From assembly GCA_001304015.1 (NCBI GenBank), contig LJUY01000008.1, forward strand, positions 7,221 through 71,220: a DNA stretch of 64,000 nucleotides, read 5' to 3'. This document shows positions 29,253 to 39,431 of this stretch, in pieces. How positions within the stretch are numbered: the stretch's first letter is position 1; each line of letters starts with the position of its first letter. Source of the DNA: a candidate division Zixibacteria bacterium SM23_81. Its GTDB lineage: Bacteria > SM23-81. The position numbers were made by a program, and so were the translations under genes. Below the pieces are notes generated by a model, which saw nothing but the letters and a program-made list of their open reading frames with translations, ran no database searches and had not been told where the DNA came from.

Positions 29253-29939
29253 TCAGGCCTGGTATGGGGCCCAGAGGTAGGGTCTCTCGAAAAAGCCCGG
29301 TGGACATGTCAGGTCCTGAACGCGCTTGATGACCTTTGCGGGATTGCCCACCACAACGGCATCGTTGGGAACGTCCTCCACCACTACGGATCCGGCTCCA
29401 ACCAGGGCGTTTCTGCCAATGATCACGCCAGGTAGGATTGTCACGTTGGCTCCGATACGGGCTAGATCTTCCACCACCGCGCCCCCCAAGCACTGCTTGT
29501 AGTGTGGGCAATTCATGGGATGGGGGTCATCGGTAAAGACGGCATTAGGGCCTATGAAAACGTTGTCTCCCAACGTGACCATTTCTAAAAAGCAACCGCT
29601 ATGAACACGCACGTTATTGCCGATTTTGTTGTCGAACTCAAGGATGGCGTTGGTGCCGATGCTGACTCCATCTCCCAGCACATTTTTTTCCCGAATAGAA
29701 GTTCCCTGGCCGGTTTGGAAATCCTTGCCAATCTGGTTGCCGGCATAAATGGTGGTGAAAGGGCGAACCACAGCTCCTTCGCCGATGACCACCGGCAGCT
29801 CGCCAGCTTTTTTACCCCGAGGAGGTTGACCGATAATGGATGGCCCATAGATGACGGAACCCCGCCCGATCTTCACGTTAGGAAAGATGCGGCAGCCCTC
29901 ATCGATTTGCACTTCGGGGAATTCTTCGTGTATTCTCAC
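29253..29939 (-). CDS. hexapeptide-repeat (left-handed beta-helix) sugar N-acetyltransferase, WbpD-like
   Basis: 228 aa with repeated [LIV]GxxxxI hexapeptides. The stop overlaps the next gene by 4 bp. Confidence 0.65.
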   Translation of the reverse strand: MRIHEEFPEVQIDEGCRIFPNVKIGRGSVIYGPSIIGQPPRGKKAGELPVVIGEGAVVRPFTTIYAGNQIGKDFQTGQGTSIREKNVLGDGVSIGTNAILEFDNKIGNNVRVHSGCFLEMVTLGDNVFIGPNAVFTDDPHPMNCPHYKQCLGGAVVEDLARIGANVTILPGVIIGRNALVGAGSVVVEDVPNDAVVVGNPAKVIKRVQDLTCPPGFFERPYLWAPYQA

Positions 29940-30961
29940 TCTATTCTCTCCACGTGTCCGTTGTTTTCCAGCGATTTCTGAGTGGCCTCCAGAGCTTGGA
30001 CTACCCGTAAGCCGCTATACCCATCTGTTCTCGGCTTTTTCCCGTTCCTGATGCAGTCGAAGAAATGGGCCACTTCTACACCCAAAGGCTCGTAACTATC
30101 TAACTTGGGGGAGACGATGTCACCAGCTCGATAGCTCAGTTGAAATTCCCCAAAGGAATACGGTTCTTTGTAATCCACTCCCTTGTCGTAAATTTTGACC
30201 TTTTCCATGACCTCGGTGTCGTCGTATACCAGCATCTTCTCACTACCGATAACCGCTGTCCGGCGCAACTTGCTGGGTGCCAACCAACTCACCTCAACGT
30301 GAGCGACGCAACCCGATGGGAACTCCATGTTGATGAAAGCCACATCCGGAATGCCGCGTTGGACATAATCCTTGCCCAGGGCGGATATTCTTAGTGGGGC
30401 TGCTTTGAGCCAGTAAAAGAGGATGGCGAAGTCATGGGAAGCTAAATCCCATATTACACTGACATCCTTTCGGTGCAGACCCAGGTTTACCCGTGAGGAG
30501 CTGATGAAGTAGATTTCGCCCAACGCCCCTTGAGAAATGAGCTCTCCGATCTTCACAACTGGAGGGCTATATTCAAAGGTGTGGCCTACCATGAGGGTTA
30601 ATCCTTCCTTCTCTGCCAGCTGGATGAGCTCAAGAGCCTCGGCAGTACTAGCGGTAAAGGGTTTTTCCACAAAAACGTGCTTGCCCGCCTTGAGAGCATC
30701 TCGAGTGAGATTGAAATGGGTATTCACAGGGGTTGCGATGGCCACGGCGTCGACCTCGTTTGAATCCATGAGATCCTCATAATGTGATGTGACCTTCAGG
30801 GAAGGGTACCGCCCCTGAATGCGATCCAATTTGGACTTGTCCAGATCGCAAGCGATAACTTGCTGGCACGTTTTGTTGTTCAGAAAGTTTCTGATCAGAT
30901 TAGGCCCCCAGTACCCACATCCCACGACGCCCACGGCGATCTTTTCCTTTGTTTTGTACAT
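29936..30961 (-). CDS. Gfo/Idh/MocA family NAD-dependent sugar oxidoreductase, WbpB-like
   Basis: N-terminal Rossmann motif IAVGVVGCGYWGPNLIRNF. Paralog of 61395..62423. Confidence 0.7.
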   Translation of the reverse strand: MYKTKEKIAVGVVGCGYWGPNLIRNFLNNKTCQQVIACDLDKSKLDRIQGRYPSLKVTSHYEDLMDSNEVDAVAIATPVNTHFNLTRDALKAGKHVFVEKPFTASTAEALELIQLAEKEGLTLMVGHTFEYSPPVVKIGELISQGALGEIYFISSSRVNLGLHRKDVSVIWDLASHDFAILFYWLKAAPLRISALGKDYVQRGIPDVAFINMEFPSGCVAHVEVSWLAPSKLRRTAVIGSEKMLVYDDTEVMEKVKIYDKGVDYKEPYSFGEFQLSYRAGDIVSPKLDSYEPLGVEVAHFFDCIRNGKKPRTDGYSGLRVVQALEATQKSLENNGHVERIE

Positions 30962-30968
30962 ATCACCC

Positions 30969-32444
30969 TCACAGTGCGCCTTTCCCCGAGAGTGCTACGG
31001 GGATGGTTTTTAATAAGAGTTGAAGGTCGAAAAGCAGAGACCAATGCTCGACGTAGTACAAATCCAGCATCACCATGTCGTCGAAGCCCACCGCACTCCG
31101 AGCGCTGACCTGCCATAAGCCGGTGATGCCCGGTTTCACCTGGAGGCGCTTGGTATGCCAGTCCTTATACAGCTTCACCTCATAAGGCAGTGGTGGACGA
31201 GGTCCCACCAAGCTCATCTCTCCTCGGATGACGTTGATGAGTTGGGGAAGCTCGTCCAGACTCAGCCTGCGTAGAAATTTTCCCACTCTGGTGATGCGAG
31301 GGTCGTTGGCCAGCTTAAACAACTTCTCTCCCTGTTTGTTTTCCCCCGCCGTTTGGCTATTTGAGATGAAATCTTTTAGATATTTACGGTGGACGGCGTC
31401 ACCCGGGTCACTGACCATAGTGCGTAGCTTATAAATGGTAAAAGGATGCCCATTTTTACCGAGCCTGGTCTGCTTAAAGAAAACCGGTCCCGGCGAACTT
31501 ACCTTAATCACTATACCTGTGAGGACTAAAACCGGTAAGGCTGTGAGCAATCCCAGGCTGGACAGGATTAAGTCCATAACACGCTTGATGAATTGGCCCA
31601 CCTCCAAAAACCTGTTAGGTTGAATGGTAACAGCTGGAATGCCGTTGATCTTATCTACGGAGGAGTACTGACTCACCACATTTAGAAGTTCGGAGGTTAA
31701 GGTCAGCGGAAGTTGGGTGGCTTTGCATTTATCGATGAGAGTCAGCAACTCTGCATAGCTCAGCGAGGGGATACCTAGGAAGATCTCCCCCACGTCGTAC
31801 TTTTGAACTACCTCTGTGATGTCCGAGGTTGTGCCCAAAACAGCCAAATTACCCACTTTGGCGCCAGGCAGGGCCAATTTGTCGTCGACGAAACCGACGA
31901 TGTCCAGACCAAGAGAGGGGCATTCTGTGATATATCTTGCCAGATGGCAGCCCCGTTGTCCCGCCCCAACGATGAGAGCTCTTCTGCCAGCCCCTTTCTT
32001 TCCAAGCAGTCCACAAACAAGCTTGCTGAATAGGAAACCGCGCCACAAGAAGAGAAATACCAAACTGGTGAGAAAGCTGAAACCCACGAAGAGTCGGCTT
32101 TGAAGGTGCGAATCGGCCTTGAGCAGAAAGGTCAAGACCAATAGAAGGATGGTACCTGCCACCACTGCTTTAAACAATCGGAAAAGCTGGTCCAGGACCG
32201 GAAAAAAGTTTCTTTCCCGATACAGCCCCAAGATTGCAAAGAGGACCAGCCATCCCGCTGAGATAGCCAGCAAGAAGAACACGTTCTGGCCGCGCAAGCC
32301 AGCAGCTTCCCCAAAAAGTCCAGAGCCGAAGCGCAACCACTGTGCGAAGAGAAAGGAAGACAAGATGGCGACGAAATCGGCTACTGCCAGCAAGGTCACC
32401 ATGGTGTTTCGCTTCTCATAATGTTCCCTGTTCACCGCAGCCAT
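30969..32444 (-). CDS. polyprenyl-phosphate glycosyl-1-phosphotransferase (WbaP/PssY-type initiating sugar transferase)
   Basis: 491 aa with N-terminal TM helices, a central Rossmann-like domain and a C-terminal Bac_transf domain (…[34 protein letters not shown]). Confidence 0.75.
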   Translation of the reverse strand: MAAVNREHYEKRNTMVTLLAVADFVAILSSFLFAQWLRFGSGLFGEAAGLRGQNVFFLLAISAGWLVLFAILGLYRERNFFPVLDQLFRLFKAVVAGTILLLVLTFLLKADSHLQSRLFVGFSFLTSLVFLFLWRGFLFSKLVCGLLGKKGAGRRALIVGAGQRGCHLARYITECPSLGLDIVGFVDDKLALPGAKVGNLAVLGTTSDITEVVQKYDVGEIFLGIPSLSYAELLTLIDKCKATQLPLTLTSELLNVVSQYSSVDKINGIPAVTIQPNRFLEVGQFIKRVMDLILSSLGLLTALPVLVLTGIVIKVSSPGPVFFKQTRLGKNGHPFTIYKLRTMVSDPGDAVHRKYLKDFISNSQTAGENKQGEKLFKLANDPRITRVGKFLRRLSLDELPQLINVIRGEMSLVGPRPPLPYEVKLYKDWHTKRLQVKPGITGLWQVSARSAVGFDDMVMLDLYYVEHWSLLFDLQLLLKTIPVALSGKGAL

Positions 32445-32504
32445 ACAAGCTCACCGATTTTCCAAAGTTCGGAAAATGCTGGTCAGAGATTCTTCATTGT
32501 TTAT

Positions 32505-33602
32505 TTACACGAACTTCTTGATCCCTTGAATCACATGCTGAATTTGCTCTTCGCTTAATTCGGCAAACATAGGCAGAGATAGAACCTGAGCAGCACACTG
32601 CTCGGCGACGGGGAATGCGCCTGGCTGAAATCCCAAGTGAGCATATGCCTCTTGAAGATGGAGTGCGATGGGGTAATGAAACCCCACAGCTACCCCATGG
32701 GCCTGCAGGTGTTCTGCCAGCGCGTCACGATCTTTCAGTCGGATAATATATAGATGAAAAACGTGTTTCGCAAATTTTTTTTCGATAGGGGTGATAATAT
32801 CTACATCCTGGAGTAACTCACTATAACGCTGAGCGTTGTTGCGCCGCCGGCGTGTCCAATCCTCCAAATGCCTGAGTTTTACGGTGAGAACAGCGGCCTG
32901 AATGCCATCTAATCGGTAGTTGAAGCCCTCACGAGTGTGTTTGTTTTTCTCCGCCTGGCCATGATTACATAGAATTCGGATCTTATCAGCCAACTGGGAG
33001 TCATTGGTCAGCACCATACCCCCATCTCCGTAAGCGCCCAGGTTTTTCCCTGGGTAAAAACTTATACAGCCCACCCTGCCGAGGGCTCCCACCTTCCTCC
33101 CCTTATACTCCGCCCCATGAGCCTGGCAGGCATCCTCGATGACGGTGAGGCCGTGGCGGCTGGCGATCTCCAGGATGGGGTCCATGTCCGCTGGTTGACC
33201 ATAAAGATGGACCGGCATGATGGCCTTTGTCCTGGGAGTAATGGCCCCCTCTATCTTGGAGACGTCGATGTTGTAACTTTCTAGGTCCACGTCCACAAAG
33301 ACCGGGCTGGCACCGGATAAGGTGATGGCTTCGGTTGTAGCGATAAATGTGTTGGGAACGGTGATCACTTCATCGCCGGGTCCGATGTCGCAGGCCACAA
33401 GGCTGACGTGAAGGGCAGCGGTCCCGGAGCTGACTCCAATGGCGTGTTTTGCCTCACAAAAAGCGGCAAATTTGTCTTCAAATACCTTTAGGTGGGGCCC
33501 ACCTACGAAACTGCACTTGTCGATGACCTCCTGAATGGCGAGGTTGATCTCATCGCGAATCTGTGAAAGCTGGGCCTTCAGGTCTACGAAGGGTACGTTC
33601 AT
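32505..33602 (-). CDS. DegT/DnrJ/EryC1/StrS family PLP aminotransferase, WbpE-like
   Basis: 365 aa with an N-terminus MNVPFVDLKAQLSQIRDEINLAI… Paralog of 58352..59455. Confidence 0.85.
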   Translation of the reverse strand: MNVPFVDLKAQLSQIRDEINLAIQEVIDKCSFVGGPHLKVFEDKFAAFCEAKHAIGVSSGTAALHVSLVACDIGPGDEVITVPNTFIATTEAITLSGASPVFVDVDLESYNIDVSKIEGAITPRTKAIMPVHLYGQPADMDPILEIASRHGLTVIEDACQAHGAEYKGRKVGALGRVGCISFYPGKNLGAYGDGGMVLTNDSQLADKIRILCNHGQAEKNKHTREGFNYRLDGIQAAVLTVKLRHLEDWTRRRRNNAQRYSELLQDVDIITPIEKKFAKHVFHLYIIRLKDRDALAEHLQAHGVAVGFHYPIALHLQEAYAHLGFQPGAFPVAEQCAAQVLSLPMFAELSEEQIQHVIQGIKKFV

Positions 33603-33839
33603 TGAAGATCCTTTCTAGTGTTGTAGTCTTTACCCGTGCAGATAAAAATCAAGTTGCGATCGTGTGCAACGGTAAAAATATGCTTCGGTGTGGATGAAAA
33701 AACTTACTTCGTCAATATGTTTTGGATCTTTACAAACGCTGATAAAACAGCATTTTCCTCCCTGCTGTAGCAAGATTTCAAAATCTCCGAGTAAAACAGA
33801 CGACATCATGTGCTGCTTTTACGGTCATAAATTGATAGA

Positions 33840-35027
33840 TCAGCTTCTTCCAACTCTCGGTGAATGCACCGTATAGGCACCCAAAGCTTTCTTAAACACT
33901 GTGATCATATTTGATATGTTTATATCCATTGTATAAAACTGTTCATACCTCCTCCTTCCGGTTAACCCCATTTTCCTTCGGAGCTCTGGATGTTCTATGA
34001 GCCTCTTTAATGCTCTGGCAAGTTCTTCCACATTTTCTTTTTCCACCAAGATTCCCGTTTCACCATGAATGACCGTTTCAGGGATGGCTGCATGCCAGGT
34101 GGAGATAACCGGGCATCCCGCAGCCATTGCTTCGATAATGCTGTGTGGATGAGCTTCAACTGGATAGAAGGTAGGCAATACAAATATATCTGTTTCTTTT
34201 AATAATTCTTCCTTCGTTTTGCCCGCCACAATTCCAGCGAAACGAACGACTTCTCTCAATGAGCTTTGATTGATAAAGCCCTCAACCTTTTTTTTAACTT
34301 CCAGACCACTCGATGTCCAAGCTCCTGCGATTGTTAATTGAAAAGGTTGAGTATGATCAAAGATGTTTTTTATAGCTTCTAATAAAATCAACACCCCTTT
34401 TGTAGGATCAATATTGCTCATATAAGTTAATTGTACTGGATTATTGTGATCAAAGGATTTTATAACCTTTCCTCCGGGATAAGGATCAAATGCTGTGCCG
34501 TTTGGAATAACATCGACTCTGTCCACTGGAAACCAAGGTTCTACCATTGGTCGTAAGCACTCCCCTAGGACAATCGCTCGGTTCGTCCTTTTGAGAAAAA
34601 AATCGATAAAGCGCCTATAAATCCACTTGCTATGATAATAAAAGTTCTTAAAATAACTTGTGCGGAAATGGCTAATAATAATAGAGTTGCCCAGGAGTTT
34701 TGTCAGAATAATAAACAGACCCTCTCTCAAACATGACCCTGTATTTGTACCTGGAAGGACGTAGATGGCATCGGGTTTTTTGAAAATACAAGTAAAGGCA
34801 AGTTGCAGCAAATTTTTTAAAGCCAGTGATATATTTATTAAATCAAATTTTCCTAGATTTTTAAAATCTCTGTGATCTGAAGTATCTAAATGGAGGAGAT
34901 CAAATTCCTCCTTTATACGTGAGTTCAATAAATTCTGTATCGCAATTGTGCAGCCGTGGTAGGGAGGAGGTATAGAACCGATAATCATTATTTTAGGCTT
35001 ACGCTTTGCCGAGGATTCTTTTAACAT
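33840..35027 (-). CDS. GT4 family glycosyltransferase
   Basis: 395 aa with a GT-B C-terminal domain (…ELLKETDIFVLPTFYPVEAHPHSIIEAMAAGCPVISTWHAAIPETV). Paralog of 52161..53336. Confidence 0.7.
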   Translation of the reverse strand: MLKESSAKRKPKIMIIGSIPPPYHGCTIAIQNLLNSRIKEEFDLLHLDTSDHRDFKNLGKFDLINISLALKNLLQLAFTCIFKKPDAIYVLPGTNTGSCLREGLFIILTKLLGNSIIISHFRTSYFKNFYYHSKWIYRRFIDFFLKRTNRAIVLGECLRPMVEPWFPVDRVDVIPNGTAFDPYPGGKVIKSFDHNNPVQLTYMSNIDPTKGVLILLEAIKNIFDHTQPFQLTIAGAWTSSGLEVKKKVEGFINQSSLREVVRFAGIVAGKTKEELLKETDIFVLPTFYPVEAHPHSIIEAMAAGCPVISTWHAAIPETVIHGETGILVEKENVEELARALKRLIEHPELRRKMGLTGRRRYEQFYTMDINISNMITVFKKALGAYTVHSPRVGRS

Positions 35028-35125
35028 CGATCATACTCTTGATATGAAAATCGTTTTAGAAGAAAACCAACTCTTCAATAATTTAATATTCGAATACAAT
35101 ACAAACCAAATACGCGAAACAGTGT

Positions 35126-36547
35126 TCACTGCACGCTGGCATTTCTCGCTTTTTCCATGGACCTTTTCACAATCAGTGCAGCCAGTATGAGCAGATATGC
35201 CCCGCTCACGTGGGTGTAGTCAAATACATGTGATACAAAAGACCAAGAAAATAGAGCGACTGTAAATCCACAAAGTGATAAGCCAAGACTCTTCAAAATT
35301 TCGTCGTCAGAATTTCTGAATTTCCAGCCCAACCTAAATAAAGACAGCCACATAAATAAGTATAGAGCAAATCCTAAATACCCTGTTTCGATGAGATATT
35401 GCAGCATGTCATTGTGTAGTTCATTATACTCACCAAAGGCCGTTTTTAGATAAACTGGTGTTGTTCCAAAGCCCTCGCCCAAAAGAGATTGCTGAAGCTC
35501 CCGAGCAACCTGCCACAGTTCCAGCCTTCCCTTAAATCGCACCAAATGCAGCGCTGAGCCAATATCCCCCTGGAATAGATGCGTAAAAAATTGACTTGGC
35601 CCGTATGTGGATTTGAACATGCTTTCTTGAAACCCTGTCGTATAGAAAAGAACATATATTCCCAGGATAACAAGTCCTAATGACAATATTCCCTTAGCAA
35701 CCATGGAGAGAGAAATCTTTTTAATTGATAGCAGAACAACTGAAAGACCACCTAACACCAGAGCGAGTATGGCCGCCCGTTGCACTATAAACAAGAGGAT
35801 GATGAAGCTATGAATCATAATGAAAATAGGTAGTTTTTTTGTTTTATTTACCAACCACAAACTCAATGCAAGAAGAGCCACAAAGACTATGTAGAACTTT
35901 GAAGGGTGTCGTCCTGAATAGCCTTCAAAATAAAGCGTTGAAGTTCCTGGCCAAAGAGTTTGCGCAAAAGGAGCTGCAATAGTTGAAACTATTAAAAAGA
36001 TTATAGCTCCAATTATGAGCATTTTAACACATCGTTCGGAGGAAATACGATTGTCCAACATCAGAGATAGCGCTAAAAATGCTGCCATAAGAAACTTTGG
36101 ATAGTACCTCATAGAATCCATGGGCGAGATAGCCCAAATAATGGTTATTCCTAGATAGCCTATCCATGGGAATATGCCGAGCAGCAACCTCCTCCCCTCC
36201 CAGGTCTTAGCGACGGCATGCATATTTTTTACCAAAAACAAACTATACAACAAGTAAATAACAGCTAAGAAGGTCGTTCTTGCCCAATTTAAAGTGACTA
36301 ACCCTCCTAGGCGGTCCAAGGCTCCAGGAAAAGTTAATGCGCCGAGAACAAGATAATAATATAGCACATACTCAGTACGAGATATCAAGATCGCCAATAC
36401 GATGGAACAGAATAGGACCATAACGAGCACTGAGTAATAGCCCCATCCGGCTATTAAGCCTACGACACATGAGAAAAGTGCTATAAACAGAACGGGAATA
36501 ATGTTGGGAGATTTTAAATATGCTATTGAGTTACGGTAGTTTGTCAC
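35126..36547 (-). CDS. O-antigen ligase/polymerase (Wzy/WaaL) family membrane protein, copy 1
   Basis: 473 aa with at least ten TM helices and a large periplasmic loop. Confidence 0.6.
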   Translation of the reverse strand: MTNYRNSIAYLKSPNIIPVLFIALFSCVVGLIAGWGYYSVLVMVLFCSIVLAILISRTEYVLYYYLVLGALTFPGALDRLGGLVTLNWARTTFLAVIYLLYSLFLVKNMHAVAKTWEGRRLLLGIFPWIGYLGITIIWAISPMDSMRYYPKFLMAAFLALSLMLDNRISSERCVKMLIIGAIIFLIVSTIAAPFAQTLWPGTSTLYFEGYSGRHPSKFYIVFVALLALSLWLVNKTKKLPIFIMIHSFIILLFIVQRAAILALVLGGLSVVLLSIKKISLSMVAKGILSLGLVILGIYVLFYTTGFQESMFKSTYGPSQFFTHLFQGDIGSALHLVRFKGRLELWQVARELQQSLLGEGFGTTPVYLKTAFGEYNELHNDMLQYLIETGYLGFALYLFMWLSLFRLGWKFRNSDDEILKSLGLSLCGFTVALFSWSFVSHVFDYTHVSGAYLLILAALIVKRSMEKARNASVQ

Positions 36548-36989
36548 TTCTTTTGTCCAGCTTGGCGGTTTTCAAATTTCGGCGATGCGATAGATATATG
36601 CAACGTGTAAAGTTAAAAACCTCTGAACTGAGGGAGTTTGAAATGAAATCACATAAGTATTGACCAATGGTAGAGTAGAATCTGTGCATCTATGGTTATA
36701 CGTGAACTCAGGTACTTTAAGCTAAACGAAAAGGGTTCCTGGCAGAGATATCGTGAAGCTATAGCGACGGCTCCTTATACCTGCTTTAAGGGCTCTCAAG
36801 ATCGCTGGTGAAACTCAACTCCCCACCGTCCAGGATGCCAATTCGTATGTGGCGGGTTTGGTCATTTTTCCCGATTATATTCCTTTCTCGGCGACCACGG
36901 ACAAAAAAGGTTCCGACTAAGAAGAACAACTAGGGGATAAAGTACCCCACCATGGAGCAAAGGAGGCCGCCATTGGAGTTCGATATAAT

Positions 36990-37841
36990 TTAGATTTTTT
37001 CCCCAATGCAGTAAATTGAAGGTCTTAAACTTGGCAGTAGAATATGCGAAATATATATGCCATATAAACCCATGGTTATTGGAGTAAAAAGACCGTGTTT
37101 ACAATTACGATACCTATTAAGAGCACGCGTCTTCGAATGTTCTAGAGACATTATTGTCTGAATATGTTTAAAGCCAGAGAGCTCGAGGAGCCTGCGGTAC
37201 TCCTTCCGGTTGTATTCTCGATAGTGTGAATAATACTTATCTGCAATCCAAAGATCAAACGGTATATAAGGATGTTTACCGAAAAACAATTTAACTTTCT
37301 TAACTAGAGATACTGAATTTGGGCCACCGAGAATGAGTTTACCATTGTGTTTTAGAACTCGCCCAATTTCTCTGAGTAACCTTAATGGATGCCCTGGCAG
37401 ATGCTCGATAACCGCGAAGATAGTAACAACATCAAAAAAATCTGATTTGAATGGTAACTTTGCGTTAAGCCAAAAGTCTTGAGTAATAACAGAAATCTTC
37501 GCTTCACCCATGAGTTTCAAGCCCCTATCACTTGGCCCCATCCTGTTCTCTTCCGTGTATTCTTCGAATCTGTCTACTAGGTGAAGTTTAAGATCTTGGT
37601 TTACTAGTCTTTGAATACAGAGGAGATTTACACCCATCCCTCCTCCTACATCGAGTATCCGCGTTCCATCTTCAAGATTTTTAAGGATTAATTGTATTTC
37701 AAACAAGTATTTTCCATAGTTCTCAAATAAGATTTTGTTTTTTGCTGGTAGCCCAAAAGCTTCAGCTACTTCAAGTAGCCTGGCTGCAATATTATTGGCT
37801 GTAAATTTAAACTTATTCATTTTGTTTATTTGATTCTTCAA
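36990..37841 (-). CDS. class I SAM-dependent methyltransferase
   Basis: Motif I ILDVGGGMGVNLL and post-II FDVVTIFAVIEHL. Confidence 0.6.
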   Translation of the reverse strand: MKNQINKMNKFKFTANNIAARLLEVAEAFGLPAKNKILFENYGKYLFEIQLILKNLEDGTRILDVGGGMGVNLLCIQRLVNQDLKLHLVDRFEEYTEENRMGPSDRGLKLMGEAKISVITQDFWLNAKLPFKSDFFDVVTIFAVIEHLPGHPLRLLREIGRVLKHNGKLILGGPNSVSLVKKVKLFFGKHPYIPFDLWIADKYYSHYREYNRKEYRRLLELSGFKHIQTIMSLEHSKTRALNRYRNCKHGLFTPITMGLYGIYISHILLPSLRPSIYCIGEKI

Positions 37842-38467
37842 ATATATATTCTCAAAACATTACGTGAAACGAATTGCTACTTTTATATCTAAATCTTGCC
37901 GAAGGATGTTAACCTCCCTTTTCCCAATTAAAGGGACTTTGTTGTTTTCACAAACAATGACTTCCGATGTTGCGGTATCCTAGTAAAGATAGATAGTTGA
38001 CTACAGTCTGGCAAGAAATCTCAGAGACCAAACGGAAAATTCATAGAAGAAATGCCGAAATACTTGATAAAGACTCCTTTTGCCCATCCTCTAAGATCAT
38101 CAGGATCGTCTACTCAAACTCAGCCTTTCGTACCATGGTACAGAAGCTTGGACACTTAGCTGCCGGACCGCAGTTTCGATTCATTTTGGTTCTACCACAG
38201 ACTGGAACTCAACGGCCTCAATTCCATCTTGTGGGGAGCTTCAGGATTTAATTCTGTGAACGACGAATAGTATGCAACTAATCGTAATTAACTTACGGAC
38301 CGGATTGTGAGGAATCCGCATCCGAACGGTGATTTTCCCCTCATGAAGAAAATAAAACACCTCTTCGCAAGCCAACTGCTTCAAGGTCATAATTGCTAAC
38401 TAGGAATTATAACTCATTAAAATCGATAAAGACACGCCTCGATTTCTTCATAGCAGGTGTTGTGGAT

Positions 38468-39424
38468 TTACTCCAATGCAGGATGTCTAGGTGCCAAAGC
38501 ATACCTATATCTCATCAGTAATGGCCAAGTAATCAGTGTAGTTAAAATCTTATATCGTAATTTCAACTGAGAGTGCCATTCTGTATCTGGAAGAATCTGA
38601 ATTTTCCCTTGATGAAAACGTGTCGGATTTCCGGAAAAAGCGTGAGCATGCGCTAGATCAACATGGTTTTTAGAAATGAAGGGGAGGTCCGAAGGACTCT
38701 CGCCGACAAATCTAACGATGTTTTCTATAATAACCTTAGGTTGGGTAACAAAATCCTGGTAGTGAACTTGCATGTATTTAGCGCTTTGGTCGGAATTATT
38801 CCACAAAAGTTCAATAATTACATTCCAAGCTAACCATGATAAGGAGCTTTTTAAAGGACTTAATGTGGGCATGAATATCCCAGTGCCAGGATCGAACTTT
38901 TTTCGCTGCCACGAATAGGTAATCGCTCGGGGATCCCGGATGAGGTGAATAACATATAGGTCGATGACAGATAACATTTTAAGTAGATACGCATGTGAGG
39001 GAAATTTTGAAGAGTCGATGATAATCTTGCTACCGGTTATAGATTGAACTGCTTGATACAGCCGCTGAAATTCATTGGGGTATTTTCCCAATCGGGCAGA
39101 TAGAAATCGCTTTCCCCGGGGCAACAAACCTAGCAGAGTGTGACGCGTACGAATCTTCTCCCTAAAGGCTTGCATCTTCTGGGCGTCAATTCGATCCAAG
39201 GCGCCAAATGCTTCACATAACACCTCTTTCCACATTTTGCATTCTCTAAATGGCACACCGCATGCACAAACTCTGTTTTCTATTAAGCCTCGATCCCATA
39301 TATAGTTCATCTCACCTACTGAGAAGAAGCCATCAATTTCGCCTAGGATTTTGTCTAGAATTGTACTTCCACTTCGACCCAAGCCAGCAATATATAAAAC
39401 CTTGATTTTTTTGCTCATTTCCAC
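38468..39424 (-). CDS. sulfotransferase family protein (PAPS-dependent)
   Basis: 318 aa with a 5'-PSB P-loop-like YIAGLGRSGST and a 3'-PB-like HLIRDPRAI. Confidence 0.65.
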   Translation of the reverse strand: MEMSKKIKVLYIAGLGRSGSTILDKILGEIDGFFSVGEMNYIWDRGLIENRVCACGVPFRECKMWKEVLCEAFGALDRIDAQKMQAFREKIRTRHTLLGLLPRGKRFLSARLGKYPNEFQRLYQAVQSITGSKIIIDSSKFPSHAYLLKMLSVIDLYVIHLIRDPRAITYSWQRKKFDPGTGIFMPTLSPLKSSLSWLAWNVIIELLWNNSDQSAKYMQVHYQDFVTQPKVIIENIVRFVGESPSDLPFISKNHVDLAHAHAFSGNPTRFHQGKIQILPDTEWHSQLKLRYKILTTLITWPLLMRYRYALAPRHPALE

Positions 39425-39431
39425 TCCTGGA

